A stretch of DNA of 64,000 nt from Octopus vulgaris (GCA_951406725.2 OX597835.1:1984001-2048000); one strand, 5' to 3'. Positions 26,446-40,485 are shown, numbered from the stretch's first letter. Numbers and translations: made by a program. The notes: generated by a model not told the origin, from the letters alone.

Positions 26446-29407
26446 TGCTCTTCTTAATTGTTAGCACAGCAGGCAAAATGCTTAGTGGTATTTTATTCCT
26501 CTTTACGTTCTGAGTTCAAATCCTGCTGGGGTTGACTTTGCCTTTCATCCTTTTGGGGTCAATGAAATAAGTACCAGTCGAGCATCGGGGTTGATGCAAT
26601 CGATTTAGTCCCTCTCTAAAAATTTCAGACCTTGTGTTTATAGTAGAAAGGGTTGTTATTCCATTGCTCTTCATAAGAAACCAATGAAACTGGTATGCTA
26701 CTGGGTTTAGTGTTGTTTACAGAAGATGCAAGCAAATGCACTTTTGCTCGAATGGTGCCAACAGGAAGACATGCAGAAAAAACTCTAACACATGTGTGCA
26801 GTTATGTACCTGTGTGTGTATGTGCACCATGCTTACATATATGTGCATGCAAAGTATATTTGTTTTTAGGCTAAACTATAGGAAAACCATTTTTCAATAC
26901 ATTTTCTTTTACTTCCTTCACAAGGTATTCTACGATATCTTAGTATTTGGTGTTAAGTGTAAGAATCAGCTGTGTGCAACAGCTAATGGTTTAAAGCCAT
27001 CAGTTGTTACAGGCTGCAGATAAGTGTGTTAATGTGGGCACGTGATGTGGTGAGGCTATGAATGGGGACTGGCTGGAAAAGTGCCATGCATTTGTTGACT
27101 GGTAAGATGTTGTTGTTACGGCTGTTGTGCAAACTTTCTCTCTTGGCTTTGGAACTTCAATAAACAGGTTTCCACCACCAGATTGATGCCTGTAAGAGAT
27201 TACATAATGTGTGTGTGTTTGTGTTTGTGTGTACATATACACACTTACTAAAATCAAGCAGAAACACAACAAAGGAACAAACAGAAAATTCACACAAGAC
27301 ATCATCAATGTTATTCTTTCCTTGACAGTTATCCAAAAGAATTCACACGATTTCTCACCTTTAATATTGTTAATTTTTGGTGGTGTCATACATAACTCAA
27401 AATGAGACACCATCATATTTGAAAGATTTATTTCTAGAAACAGTATCATTCTATGCATTTAAGTACTTAATCTAATGTCCAGTAGACATGCCTTGGTACA
27501 ATTTTTAATGACAATCCATTCAAGCATTTTACTAATGAATAGTATCCATAAAAATAAAATAGTATATTCGGGGAAGTCTATTTATTTTAAGATCTGTGTG
27601 TATTTATTTAAATATATATATTTTTGGTAAAAAAAAGAATTTTCCTGTACTGAGGGGTATTTTTAATATTTAGTTCCAGAGTCAACCCTGTTTGAGCAGA
27701 TCCATAATTAAAAATACTCCAGTTATGACTATTCCTCATTTTTCTTTTTTTATTCTTATTTCAGACATATCTAGGACTTTAAAAAATACCCTTTTCTTTT
27801 CCATTTTTGTAAGAGTATGGACTGTAATTTGAGGAAGATTTAACTCTATTTTCTAGCAACTGCATAGGGTAGGGGGTGGAAGATTCTTCACCTGCAGGCA
27901 AAATTTCAACTGAAACCTCTCTCTGTTGAAGTATTTTCAGAAAGCTCATAAAAATACAGAGTAAAAAGCACTCTTTAAGCCTCTAACCAAAACACTCATT
28001 TAATATAGGTAGCAGCGTATTAATGAATCTGTGAAATTAAAATATTTTTCTCAGTACGGATGTGTCCCTTACTAGCGATTTTCACTTGATATTAAAGAGA
28101 TTCTTCACCCCTATATTCAAGCTCCCTCATTGGTTGGGCTCACGTGCTGATAGTGGAAAACCCAAGGAAAACAGGGGAGAAGTGGTGAGGTCAGGTTTCA
28201 AAATTATTTGGCCTCAAAACCAAGCTGACTGTAGAATTGACACTGGTGCCTCTGATGCCAGCCACTACTGCGTAATGGTGGACCATCTTGCTCATTAGAC
28301 AGCAGGGGGGGGGGGGAATGTTGATGTTAATTAAGAATGATGATAATGATGATGTTTGAATTAGACTCTGCTTTGTAATAAATGTTTTAAAATCTTTTGG
28401 TTACAAACTATCAATTTTTTGTTTTTTTATGTTCCTTTCTCACTCTAGATTCAGTGAGGATTTTCAGTGCTACAGTGCATCATCATCATCATCATCTCCA
28501 CCACTACCTCTACCATGGTCTCTCTCTCTCTCTCTCTCTTATTTCAGCTCTGTTCTATCTTAAAGGCTGGCTCTATTCACTCAGCCTTCCTTTGCTTGTC
28601 AGTCTTTCAGCTCCTACAGGAAGGAAACCCATTTATGAAGAGAAGAGGCTAATTTATGTTTTTTGGAGACCAGCCAGTTAACTACAGAAATTATCCATTG
28701 TAAATCTCTTTACTTTAAGCACTCCTCCTCCTCCTCCTCCCCCCTCTCCTCCTCCTCCCCTCTCCCACCCACTCCACAACCAATACATGACTCAGCTGCA
28801 GCTTATAAACTTCTCCTCTCCATCTTCCTCTCTCTATCTCAATCCTTCTTTACTCCTCATCCTCTCTCTCTCTCTCTATTTGTTTCTCAGTTATTTATGA
28901 ATGAATATGTAATACCAAATTAATTTTTAAAATGCTGCTTATAAGGAAAGCCCAGTCAGCAGCCACTCTTTCCTCTAATTGGAGTAAAAAAATAATTACA
29001 CATTTACTGCCACCGGCTTCACTGTTATCACCACCGCCACCACCATGGCCACCACCACCACTATTGTCAACCGCTGAAGCCAATACTTCTCAACTGGGAT
29101 CCATATGGCCCTTTGGGGGGGTCCATATAATATTTTGTTGTTAAAGTCTCTCTTTTACTTACTTCAGTAATTTTTTACTGTGGCCATGCTGGGGCACTGC
29201 TTTGAAGGGGTTTTAGCTGAACAAATTGACCCCATGACTTACTTTTTAAAGCCTGGTACTTATTCTCTTTGTTTCTTTTGCTAAACCACTAAGTTATGGG
29301 AACGTAAACGCACCCACAACCAATTGTTGAGCAGTGGGGGGAGGGGCAAACACAGACACAAGGAGACACATACATACATACACACATACATACATGCATA
29401 CACACAC

Positions 29408-29440
<33 letters not shown>

Positions 29441-29470
29441 CATACATATATATAATTAAAATTAATGAAA

Positions 29471-29719
29471 GGACATACCAAGTATGTCTATCTACTGGAA
29501 ATAACAGTCAAAACTCTTATTTAAATTGCCAAAATACACTGACAATAACTACAGAAATCAACCGTCCGAAGGCAGCCGTACTTGAATGTATGCTGAGAGA
29601 TTATCTGAGCTCTTTTGCCTTTGGACGATTGATTTCTGTAGCTATTATCAGTATATTTCGGCAATTTAAATAAGAGTTTTGACTGTTATCTCCAGCAGGT
29701 AGACATACCTAGTATGGCC
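29471..29719. repeat. Long inverted repeat (104-bp arms, 41-nt loop)
   Basis: 29471-29574 is about 90% complementary to 29616-29719 by manual alignment. Confidence 0.9.
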
Positions 29720-30687
29720 ATTGCTTTTTGGGGGGCTGCAATTGCCTTTGTTGTTGATTCTATTATTATCATTTTTTAATTGTTACACTAGATAATAATA
29801 ATAAAGTCAATGACATCTTTGCAAATTATTTTTCTTGTGAATTAGTTGTGAAGATCGAAACATACCCAGAGTTATCTCCTGTACTTATTGAAATGATTAA
29901 AGTATTATTCATTGAACTAACGTTACATTTTCCTCACCTCACAAGTATTTTTAATTAGATTTTGATGCTCATTGCATTAAGTATGTTAGCACTTAATTAA
30001 CTGTTGACTAACAGTAAAGTAACAGGGCCTAGTAGTTAGGATTTGGGGCTCATGATCTGAAAGTCAAGATTCAATTCATGGTCCAAGCAAGTCTTTGAAT
30101 GAATCACTTCATTTTACATTGCACCAACCAAGTGCAGGGGCAGCCCTCTCTCACCCCCACCCCCACCCCGGTCACATCCTGGATGTTTGGCTGGATTAAA
30201 AGTGTCCATGTCTGCTTACAATTTCCAAGGCACATGACACAAGTTACAGTTGACAGAAGCAAATGGTCACAAGCTTACAAAGTGAACTCCCTAACCACGT
30301 GGCCATACCGGTATCATCATCATCATCATCATCATGCATCCATTTTCCATACTGACATGGTTTTATCAGAGCTGGTAAGGCCAGGGGCTGCACTAGGCTC
30401 TACTGTTTGTTCTGGCATGGTTTCTACAGCTGGATGCCCTTCCTAATGCCAACAGCTCCACAATCTGCTGTGGTGGTCTTCTTGGGTACTGCAATGTGCC
30501 AGACATCTTGGTCCTTAGTCATCTCTTTCATTAAGGCTTAGTGTCTTAAGATTGGCCTTCAATACTTTGTACAATAATTAATCAGTCAATCAATTAATTA
30601 ATTATCTAATAATTTTTTTTCTTCTTGATATTTTCAGATTTGAATTTGGGTGTTGATGAGACGTTGAAACTGCGCCAGACTTCAAAT

Positions 30688-30888
30688 ATGGAATCCTCTA
30701 AAGAAAGCTTAAGTGCCTCTCGTGAAGCTTTGGATATTCTGATGGAGTTGTCAAACATTTTGAACACTGGCTTAGATTCTGAGACGCTATCCTTATGCAT
30801 CCAGCTTTGTGAATCAGGGGTCAACCCAGATGCTCTTGCTGTTGTTATTCACGAGCTGCGGAGTGCTAAAAGGCAAATGGCTCAATGA
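30688..30888 (+). CDS. MZT1: Mitotic-spindle organizing protein 1 (MOZART1, gamma-TuRC microprotein), 66 aa, single coding exon
   Basis: Translation [66 protein letters not shown] matches the MOZART1 signature (L.E.S..LNTGLD.ETL..C..LCE.GVNP.ALA.VI.ELR). The start has a strong Kozak context (aaatATGG). A polypyrimidine tract and ttttcAG acceptor end at 30637. Confidence 0.95.
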   Translation: MESSKESLSASREALDILMELSNILNTGLDSETLSLCIQLCESGVNPDALAVVIHELRSAKRQMAQ

Positions 30889-30987
30889 ACCATTTGGCAA
30901 TGCTTTGGGGTTTTTTTTTTCCTGCCATAACCCTAAAAACGTTGTTTCCTCTGATTAAGGAAATAGACTGACACTTTTAAATCCTCC

Positions 30988-30993
30988 AATAAA
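30988..30993 (+). terminator. Polyadenylation signal of MZT1
   Basis: AATAAA 100 nt after the stop codon, followed by T-rich sequence. Confidence 0.6.
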
Positions 30994-31789
30994 TTTTGTA
31001 TATATATTTTTACATCAATCCTCAATATTATTTTTCTTCCTTTTTTATTACCAGTCAATCAGGGTGGTAAAGTAACCATGACTAAATTTTTTTCCAGGAA
31101 CTCTGAAACTGATGGACGGGAGGAATTTGTGTTCAAGACAGAGACCTGGCTTGAATCCTTGCAATAGAGCGAACTATACTAAAGGTACCCAGGGTGGTAG
31201 TGTTAAACAATGGGGGTGGGGGTGGGGTGGATTGGGTGTACTGCCTAAGAGCTGAGAACATAAACGGCTGGATGGAACCAATAGCACATTGGTCTCACAA
31301 TTTGGCCAATCCACCCCTCTAGACAGAGTGAAAAGGGTTTTGCTTTTTCTCGTTTTTGATAACTTTGTCAGAGGAACAGAGCTCATAGCCCTTGACTCCC
31401 CACCATATACCTAACTGCAGTTGCTGTGTATCCTTAGGTCATTCCTGTGATCAAAGGCTTTCCAATCATGATCATCACTTCTTTTTTGTGACAGGTATTG
31501 CATCTCTAATTATTAAATTTATTCACTGTTTTTGATCCTCTGCTAGATGAGCCTTCAGTCATGCCATTGCTTCCTTCATCGTCATCATCATCATCATCGT
31601 TTAACGTCTGCTTTTCATGCTGGCATGGGTTGGACGATTTGACTGAGGTCTGGCAAACCAAATGACTGCACCAGGCTCCAATCTGTTCTGGTAGAGTTTC
31701 TACAGCTTGATGCCCTTCCTAACACCAGCCACTCTGAGAGTGTAGTGGGTGCTTTTACATGCCACCGGCATTGTGAAAAGGGACACAAG

Positions 31790-33720
31790 CACAATGCACA
31801 AGTGGTTAACCTTGACACTGTGGCCATCACACCTTATAATCGTGTTGATTCTAATGTTAGTTTGGATTACACAACTATTCATGATCTCTTTGTTTTAACT
31901 CTCATGGCTGTATTGATTGTACTGATGGTTATCATAATGCCCCTTACATAACTCTATTAGTTCTGGCATTAATCAACTCTCTCTGCCATACTTAAATGGC
32001 ACAGATCACACTGACAACCAATTGTCCCCTAAATTGTGTAAGTTCAAAAATAAATCTATGTCCTATTAACATATGTTGCTTAACTGCATATAAATATGGC
32101 GTAATAGCTTTTACATACATAATCTCCACCTCATGTAACTTTAAAGAGAGACTTTACAACCATTCTTTTTCTTTCAGGAATTAAGATAAGGCTTGGGTTA
32201 TGTCACTTGCAGAAAAAAATTTGGGAATTGAAAGATAAAAAAATTAAATTCCACATTACCTGGAATATTATGGAAGAAGCATTACCATAGTCAAATGACA
32301 GCTACAGGTACCTGCAGAAGTTTAGACAGAAATGTTTACATAATATTAGAAGTACATTTTCATACTTTAAACCTGTCACTTAATCTCCTACTAACAACTT
32401 CTCTTAACGTAGTTGTGTGTATTATATAAAGGCTGTCAGTATTAGTTGAGAAATTTCTTACTCTATATGATAAGCCTCCTCATTGAGAATTCTTAGTAAT
32501 CTTTATCTAATAAATAGTGAAATATTTGGTAATCCAGTGTATGGCTTCCAAACAATAAGTCTTATTTATCTATTATTTATTATTTAATTATTGTATCTTG
32601 TTTATTCTAATGCCGCTTGATATATTATATATATAGCTATAAAGACTAGGGTTGTGTGTGTAGAGATAGATATATGTGTGTGTGTAGAGATAGATATATG
32701 TGTGTGTGTGTTTGTAGAAACGTGTATGAACACACAAACAGGAACATGTAGATGTATGATTAGCTGTAGATAGAAAAAATATATTATACATATGTGTGTG
32801 TGTGTTTAAACTCTGCTTGCAAAGACCTGTTGAGGCAAGTGAAATCGAAATCAAATTTGATGACTGGCATCCGTGCTAGTGGATTGCTAAGAGCACCATC
32901 TCTGAGTGTGATCGTTGCCAGATATAGGGTCCATCTGAATTCCTTTTCAGACCCTAAGTATAAGAATTTCTCTACCTTAGTGGCCTATATAAATAAACCC
33001 AAGGATAGTAACTTGCTTTATGACCCCTCATGGTCCATAATTGTGAGGGCTTCCCCATATGGCAATGGTTCTATGGTTCTGATAGGTGTACATTGTAAGT
33101 GAATCATATCTAATCCTTAAATTATATAACGCTATTATATTAAATAAGTTTTCAGACGTGATCCCCCTTGCATAGCCATAAATTTCACTCTACATTTCTA
33201 ACAACCTATAAAATTAGATCTACTAGGTTACTGGATTAGAATAATGTTTATAGGTATAATTGCAATTCCTGAACATTTAGATTCTTCTACTCAAACATAG
33301 GATCATTTGCATACGAGATGTAAAACATTTTATTAGGAATTTTTGATTCTGTTAGATTAATAGTATGATGAAATTTACCAAGGAGGACATCGTCCTGATG
33401 AAGGGAACATTGCATATATGGAGCATTTAATTTTTAACCATGACCAGTAATGTATCTCCGAAACAGCCGTAGATGGAACATCCTCCAATTTTTGGATCCT
33501 ACTTTATTTATACTTCTCTTAACCTTGATATCTAGCATAATTGCTATCTTATACTCAATGTATATAAGTGATTTTGAGACGATTTAGGCAGTTTGCCATT
33601 TTAAAAGTTGATGCTTTTATTCCTATATTTAGCAACCTCTCATTCATTTTGCTCCTCCTCTATTCATCATGCATAACTCCTTACAAGTAAATTTTATTCA
33701 TATGTAATTTCATATGTATT
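31790..33720 (+). mobile_element. Decayed Penelope-like element (GIY-YIG remnant, AT-rich 3' region, hammerhead)
   Basis: NCVSSKINLCPINICCL...YIISTSCNFKERLYNHSFSFRN (ORF 31996-32184), then IWELKDKKIKFHITWNIMEEALP* after a stop and frameshift. Hammerhead at 33391. Boundaries are approximate. Confidence 0.75.
33391..33475 (+). ncRNA. Type-I hammerhead ribozyme motif with long stem II
   Basis: CGTC-CTGATGA-agggaacattgc...gtaatgtatctcc-GAAA-CAGCCG-TA-GATG; lies about 1 kb downstream of a PLE endonuclease remnant on the same strand. Confidence 0.65.
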
Positions 33721-34296
33721 TTTATATATTTTTATAAAAACGATAAACGTCACCCTTTTCAAGCCTAGCCAGGATCATGGGCCCGGTTTCCCGGTTTCTC
33801 TGGCGTATGTGTTCCCCCCCAGCTGGATGGGACACCAGTCCATCGCAGCGTTAGTCAAGAAACAGGAAGAAAGAGTGAGAGAAAGTTGGGGCGAAAGAGT
33901 ACAACAGGGGTCGCCACCACCCCCTGCCGTGGAGCTTTTTAGGTGTTTTCGCTCAATAAACACACACAAAGATCGGTCTGGGAATCGAAACCGCGATCAT
34001 CCGACCGCAAGTCCACTGCCCTAACCCCTGGGCCATTGCACCTCCACAATATATTTTTTATATTTCTTCTATATTCTTATGTATGTTTGGTTTTATTCTT
34101 TAAACCGTTGGAGAATCTTTGTGTCTGTAAATGCATGATTTATGTTCCACTTTGAATGTTTTCATTGATGCGTCCAGGAATCCATTCGACTGCTTATGAT
34201 TTGTGTTGTCAATTCTCTCTACTCTTGTATCTTTTTGCATTGGCTCTTTATGAGCACTCGGTAAATAGCCCGTACATTTTAAAACACACTTAATAT

Positions 34297-34327
<31 letters not shown>

Positions 34328-34402
34328 ATTTATATATATGTCTTTGTATGTATATATATATATGTGTGTGTGTGTGTGTATATATATGTGTGTGTGTGTG
34401 TG

Positions 34403-34445
<43 letters not shown>

Positions 34446-34570
34446 GTGTGTGTGTGTGTATATATATGTGTGTGTGTGTGTCTGTATATATATATATTAA
34501 TATGTCTGTGTATGTATATATATGTGTGTGTTTCTGTATATATTTATATATATATATATATGTCTGTATG

Positions 34571-34601
<31 letters not shown>

Positions 34602-35777
34602 TGTTATTTCTCAAAATTAAGTTGATGATCTCCCAATTATAATTGCTCTCAAAATTGAATTGAATTAATAATCTTCCTACGCATTTGAATGTGTGTAGTG
34701 TTTGTGCTTGTGTATATATTTATATAGCAGTGAGTGAACAGGCGTATATCCATAATCTGTCCCAATGTTAAAATCAATAATCTTCCTTTGCAATTTTTAA
34801 ATGTCACTCAGATTAAAGTTGTACATAATGGTTGTCAGCAGCGGCAGCAGCAACATCAGCAACATCAACAGCAGCTATTGTTGCTGCTGCTGCTGTCTCT
34901 CTTGAAGGTGGCGGATAAGACTTAGAATATATGACATGAACAACTAGAACAGATGCAGGGCTAATGCTACATAAATATGCAATGGTAGAGACAGGACAAA
35001 TGTTTTAAGATGTGAGGGCCTTCATACATGGTCTGGAGTTTATGACTACAGAACAAGCAGACCCTGTGAGTCGGGTTTAGCTGCAACTTCATTAGCATCT
35101 AAACTGACAAATGAGTCTCTACTGATGTTGTCGACTGACTGAAGATAGCAGCTAAATCTCCCGCAAATCATGCCAGTAAAATTTTCACTAAAGGAAGGAC
35201 TTGTTGATTAATGTAGTTCTGAGTTAAATTATCTGGTTTCACATCTCTCTTCAGGCCGATGTCACTCGATAGGAAGGTATGGCTTGCACCTCTTTCACAA
35301 AGTTCTCTTTCTCCTGCCCCCCCCCCCGGTCTCATTGGAGCTGGTCGCTCAGGTCAGAGGCAAGTGGCAACCTTGCATAGCAAACAGGATTGCAACAGCT
35401 GTGCAATACAGGCTGACCAGGAAAACCTGTTCCATCAAATCCTCAACTACCATCACCATTCCCTGTCCACTCTACCAAAAACACTTTCTGGACATGGCTT
35501 GACCCGATCAGCTATCAACGGGCCCATAAAGCCAAACCCCTCGATGACTGGATGGCTCTTGTCACTCTGACTGATGAACACCATAGATAAATTATCTGAA
35601 AAGAGAGAATCGTCTTCTGATCACAGGTAGCAAGGAGCAGCCTGGGGCTAAAAAAGCAACCGTAGCCATGAAGAAAATTGTTCTGAAAGTAAGAGGAAAG
35701 TAATTGAGGAAAGCATAATCATTGCCAAACGTACAAACCCAATCAACTTTCTGTCCACGACCTCGACTTTCTCCTAC

Positions 35778-35813
35778 CATCACCATCACCATCATCATCA
35801 CCATCATCATCAC

Positions 35814-35876
<63 letters not shown>
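35778..35876. repeat. (CAT)n/(CAC)n trinucleotide microsatellite
   Basis: Directly visible; explains the poly-Met pseudo-ORF. Confidence 0.97.
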
Positions 35877-36223
35877 GTTAAGTCTTTTTTAGGTGTCATG
35901 AGTTTATTGTTGTTATCTTGCCCCACTTCAGCATCGATTTACATACCTATGACCAAGAAGCAGTCTGACCATGACAATCTAGACTTCTTTTATATATATA
36001 TAATAAAATATTAGGGAATAAATCCAAACTTACAGGGAAAAATCAGATTTAGGATTGAATCCAATTTTATAGTAAAATATTATATTATATTAAATTAGAG
36101 ATAAAACCACTTTTAGGCAAATCAAACAATGAAAAACTTAAGCCAATACATAAAATTAATTAATTTATATTATTTTAAATATATATCAAAAGTATTAAAA
36201 GTTTAATAAAAGATAATGAGTAA

Positions 36224-36296
36224 AACACTACGATCGTTTCATGTCTGTCCAATTCGTAATAATTCGAGTTATGGTTACAGTCAATCTTCAGATGAT
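36224..36296 (-). ncRNA. Type-I hammerhead ribozyme motif
   Basis: Minus strand reads ATCAT-CTGAAGA-(tgactgt...acagaca imperfect stem II)-GAAA-CGATCG-TA-GTGTT, inside a very AT-rich ~1-kb block (36.0-37.0 kb). Confidence 0.6.
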
Positions 36297-37145
36297 TGAA
36301 ATATCTAAAATATAATCAGAAATATTTAAACAATATTTTTAAGATATAAATAATATAATAATTTTACTTATAATAAACTCTATTATCAAACTAGAAACAT
36401 AGAACTTAACAATTATGATTATATCAAAATCGACTATAATGTTAAATATTAATTTTAATTTATAAGGTAGGAAACCCACCCATAATCTAATATCGGTATT
36501 AGTCTATATCTAATTACATAAATATTTAAAAATGACTAATATATATAAATTATCAATGAAAATATATAAATGTATATAAATATTATAATTAAGATCTAAA
36601 ATAATCTCTATAAATAAATGTATATGCACATATAATAAAAACCTAATAAATTAATTTTTCATATTTAAAGATGAAATAGCTAATTTCAAAATATAAATAA
36701 ACAAACTTAAACGAATTTTCGGAAATCTTATGTAAAATACTTTTAGAAATAATTCATTCGTAGTAATATAGTATCGAATAAATACTATAAATACTATAAA
36801 TATAATTATCAATGGGAATAACTAGCGAATATCTATTTAAAGAAATAACTAAGTTCTGCTATTAAATTAGACATGGCTTGGACCAATCTTTAGTCGAAAC
36901 ATATCTAAGTTTATCAAAGTTTATCTAATTTAATTATAAATTTAGAACTACAATTAATACTATTAAAACATGTATATACAAAAGCCTAACTTAATACACC
37001 TCGTATGCTTGCTATCAAATAACAAATCTATATATATGGGCAAATCTCTTCTACTATAGCTTTGAGCCAACCAAAGCATTGTAAGTGGATTTGGTCGATG
37101 GAAACTGAAAGAAGCCTGTTGTATATGTATGTACATATATATGCA

Positions 37146-38394
37146 CATGGTGCGTAAGATATTTGAGGACAGATTTATGTTTATAAAAAAACAGATATAT
37201 GATAACAGATGATAACTTTATTTATCAAAAAATGCTGTGAAGTTGAAAATAAACCTTCTTTTCTATAATATTATTCAATAAAGCCACCTTCAGCTTCAAC
37301 AACTGCTTCTATATGAGATCTAAGTCATCTACATGCTCGAATCAAGTGGTCCTGGTTCATTTTGGACATTACTCTGACTATGGCGGCTTTCAAAGAATCT
37401 TTGGTGCTATGGGCATGTTCATTGACCTCTCTCTCAACAACGCTCCACATATAAGTCCATTGGATTGAGATCTGAGGAATTAGGAGGCCAAATGTTAGGG
37501 GTCATGTGATCATGCAGCCCTCCATTCCTGTGTTACTAGAGCCATGTATGATAGTACTGAGTCTTACTGAAACCCATATGGCCTTCCATTGCATACACTG
37601 TCTATTCAGGGCTTAACAATTGTTTCTAGGACCTCAATGTAGGCAGCAGAGTTAACTCTAAAGCCTTGTGGAAAGAAGTAAGGAGGCTTCACATGTCATA
37701 CATTGCTGACAACCCCTAAAACCATGACGGTTGCAGGAAATTTTGTAATTTTGTATGCAAAACACTTGGAACTTGAGAAGGGTCTGCACATAACCATCTG
37801 TCATTTCTTCTGTTAACTTTTGATCTTGGTCAAAGTTTTTCTTGTTTGAGAAAAACCAAATCAAATCTTCTTCTGCTGGATTTTTTGGTTTTTTAAAGAG
37901 CCTTTTAGATCTGATGTAGTGATTTTCTTTTGCTTTTTCTGACAAACTGACCTTTCCTCATCATATAAGACTTATATCTGATGTCTTCATGGACAACATT
38001 CGTGGACTGTTCCTTCTGACACATGGAGATCTTTTACAATTGACCTCATAGACTTTCTGGGATTGTAATCAATGGTCTGTTGAACTTGCTGGATAAATTC
38101 AGGTGTTCTGATGATTTCAGAGCATTTAGAATGCTTTTCATGCTTTCATGCAGGTGATACACTTCTATCTTCAGTCTCTAACTCCTTACGAACTCTGTAG
38201 ACAAAAGATCTGGCAACTTTTTAAAATTGAGATATTTCTAAATCGCTATGCTTAGCCTTTATAACCACAATAACAGCATACCTCTTCATTTCTTGAGTAA
38301 GCTGTGGGTCTGCCATTATTATTTCCTGAAATAAAGATTATACAGAGTTAGCAATGACCCCAAAAAGGTATGTCCTCAAATACCTTACAACCTG
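37146..38394 (-). mobile_element. Tc1/mariner maT (DD37D-like) transposon with pseudogenised transposase (~38316-37271)
   Basis: ~25-bp imperfect TIRs (CA.G...TAAG.TATTTGAGGACA). Minus-strand remnants include WFFSNKKNFDQDQK, VMVLGVVS, WPPNSSDLNPMD and IEAVVEAEGGFIE*, with many stops and frameshifts. Confidence 0.85.
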
Positions 38395-39340
38395 TATATA
38401 TGTAAATATCTATGTGTGTGTGTCTTTGTGTCTATGTTTGTCCCCAAACCATCACTTGACAACTGATGTTGGTGTGTTTATGTCTCTGTAACTTAGCAGT
38501 TTGGCAAAAGAGACTAATAGAATAAGTACTGGGCTTACAAAGAATAAGTCCTGTGATCAATTTATACAACTAAAAATCCTTTAAAGCGGTGCTCCAGTAT
38601 GGCTGCTGTCAAACGACTGAAACAAGTAACAGAGTATGGCTGTGTAGTGGAGAAGTTCTCTTTACAACCACATTGTTTTGGATTCAGTCCCACAGCAGGG
38701 GACACCTTAGACAAGTATCTTCTGCTATAACCTGAAGCTTACAAATGCCTTCATCCACATCAGTATTCCATGCTGGCATCGGTTGGACAGTTTGACAGGA
38801 TCCAACAGGTCAGAAGACTGTATCGAGCTCCAGGGTCTGTTTCAGTATAGTTCTTATGGCTGGGTGCCCTACCTAATGCCAGCTACTTTACAGAGTGTAC
38901 AGGGTGCATTTTTCTTGACACCAACACTAATGAGGTTGCCAAGCAGCTTGCTAGGCATGATCCCTTGATTTAGAGCAATTTAGGAGGTGACTTAAGCCTG
39001 AGGTTGATAGAGGAATGGGAACAGGTGAGTGATAGAAGCTGAAAGCCTACCATAGGTGTGTTTTGTTTCCTTATGTCCTCGTTTACGCTGCTAGAGTGCA
39101 AAAAGGTGTTTTTTACAGGAATTTTGCTTATTGGAAATGTAGTTTCAGTAACTCCATCGTTTTCAATGTTGAAAGACCAGTGAAACAAGAAAATAACTGA
39201 TTTGGAAAATAGATGAGAGCATCCGGCTGCAACAGGTTTCAATTTACTCATGCCAGCATTGGACATAAAAGCAATGCTGATGATTTGTGTGTGTATGTGT
39301 GTATGCGTGTGTGTGTGTGTGTGTACACCCTGTATATATA

Positions 39341-39560
39341 CAGGGTGTTCAGGCTAAATTTGACTGTTTACACAAAAGGAAAAGTAAACACAATATCTTG
39401 TCCAAATATAAAAATATTTTAAAAAATCGAAAATTATCAACTGGATTATGGCCAGGAAGAAAACAATTTACACAGATTCTCCATGGCTTCAAGACAGCTC
39501 CAGAACCTGGTGCATGCATTCCTCAATGTGTTCCAAGGAAGATTGAATGCCTCCTCCTAT
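39341..39560 (-). mobile_element. Short Tc1/mariner end fragment
   Basis: TA|CAGGGTGTTC TIR-like start and ACTRFWSCLEAM on the minus strand, resembling a transposase C-terminus. Confidence 0.45.
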
Positions 39561-39789
39561 AGATTTAGTTGGTGGTCTTGTTATCTATTCTAGCTTTTGG
39601 TGAAGTAGAAGAGGTTAGAAAGGGTCAAGTGGTGAAGACATTATTTTGGCCTTGCTAAAGGCATCTGGAAAATGTAAAACTGCTGTCAGAGAAAAAAACC
39701 ATTGTTCCATCATGGGAAAAGTTCTGTTGCAGCATTAATTTAAATTTGGTTATGGTGGATCGAATCCACTTCATGCATGCAAGATCCAC

Positions 39790-39820
<31 letters not shown>

Positions 39821-39899
39821 AAATGAGATAGGGGTTGAAAATTCAACCCACCATGGGATAATATATATCCAATATACTGCTAGATAGGTACCCAACAAA

Positions 39900-40124
39900 A
39901 ACTTCATCACATACTGAAATTTAGAAATAGCAACCAAAACTAGCTATTTCTAAATTTTGGTATGTGGTGGAGCAAATTTTTTGCTGAACCCTAATTATGA
40001 TTATACTCATAATTATAACAATTTTTGTTTAAGTTTACTGATAATGGTTCTTTTAACATGCCAAACTACTTGGTAAAATTAATGATTATTAATTAATTAA
40101 TTTTACCCTTTTTTATTATTGATT

Positions 40125-40196
<72 letters not shown>

Positions 40197-40485
40197 TTTA
40201 TATAAGTATATATATATATATATATATATTTATACATTTTATATAAGTATATATATATATATAATATAATAATAATAATAATTGTGTACAGTGCTCAGGT
40301 GCACTACAACTCATCTAAAGTGTATATATATCTTTATCTTTACTTTTACTATTACTGTATATCTCATTTCATTTTATATATTGCCTTTACTCATATGTAA
40401 TGGTGTATTAAAGTATGGATTGAGTATCATCGGATAGTTGATGCTTTCTGACTTTAAGTATGTTTCTCCATTCTCTAATTTTATA

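Noticed and set aside
30625-30687. ORF-track start of MZT1 at 30625
   Set aside because: It is a TTG inside the intron's polypyrimidine tract; the exon starts at 30638 and the Kozak ATG is at 30688.
35240-35610. Possible further PLE endonuclease remnant with CTGATGA...GAAA at 35571 (similar hint at 57220-57500)
   Set aside because: Too degenerate to list as a feature without profile searches.
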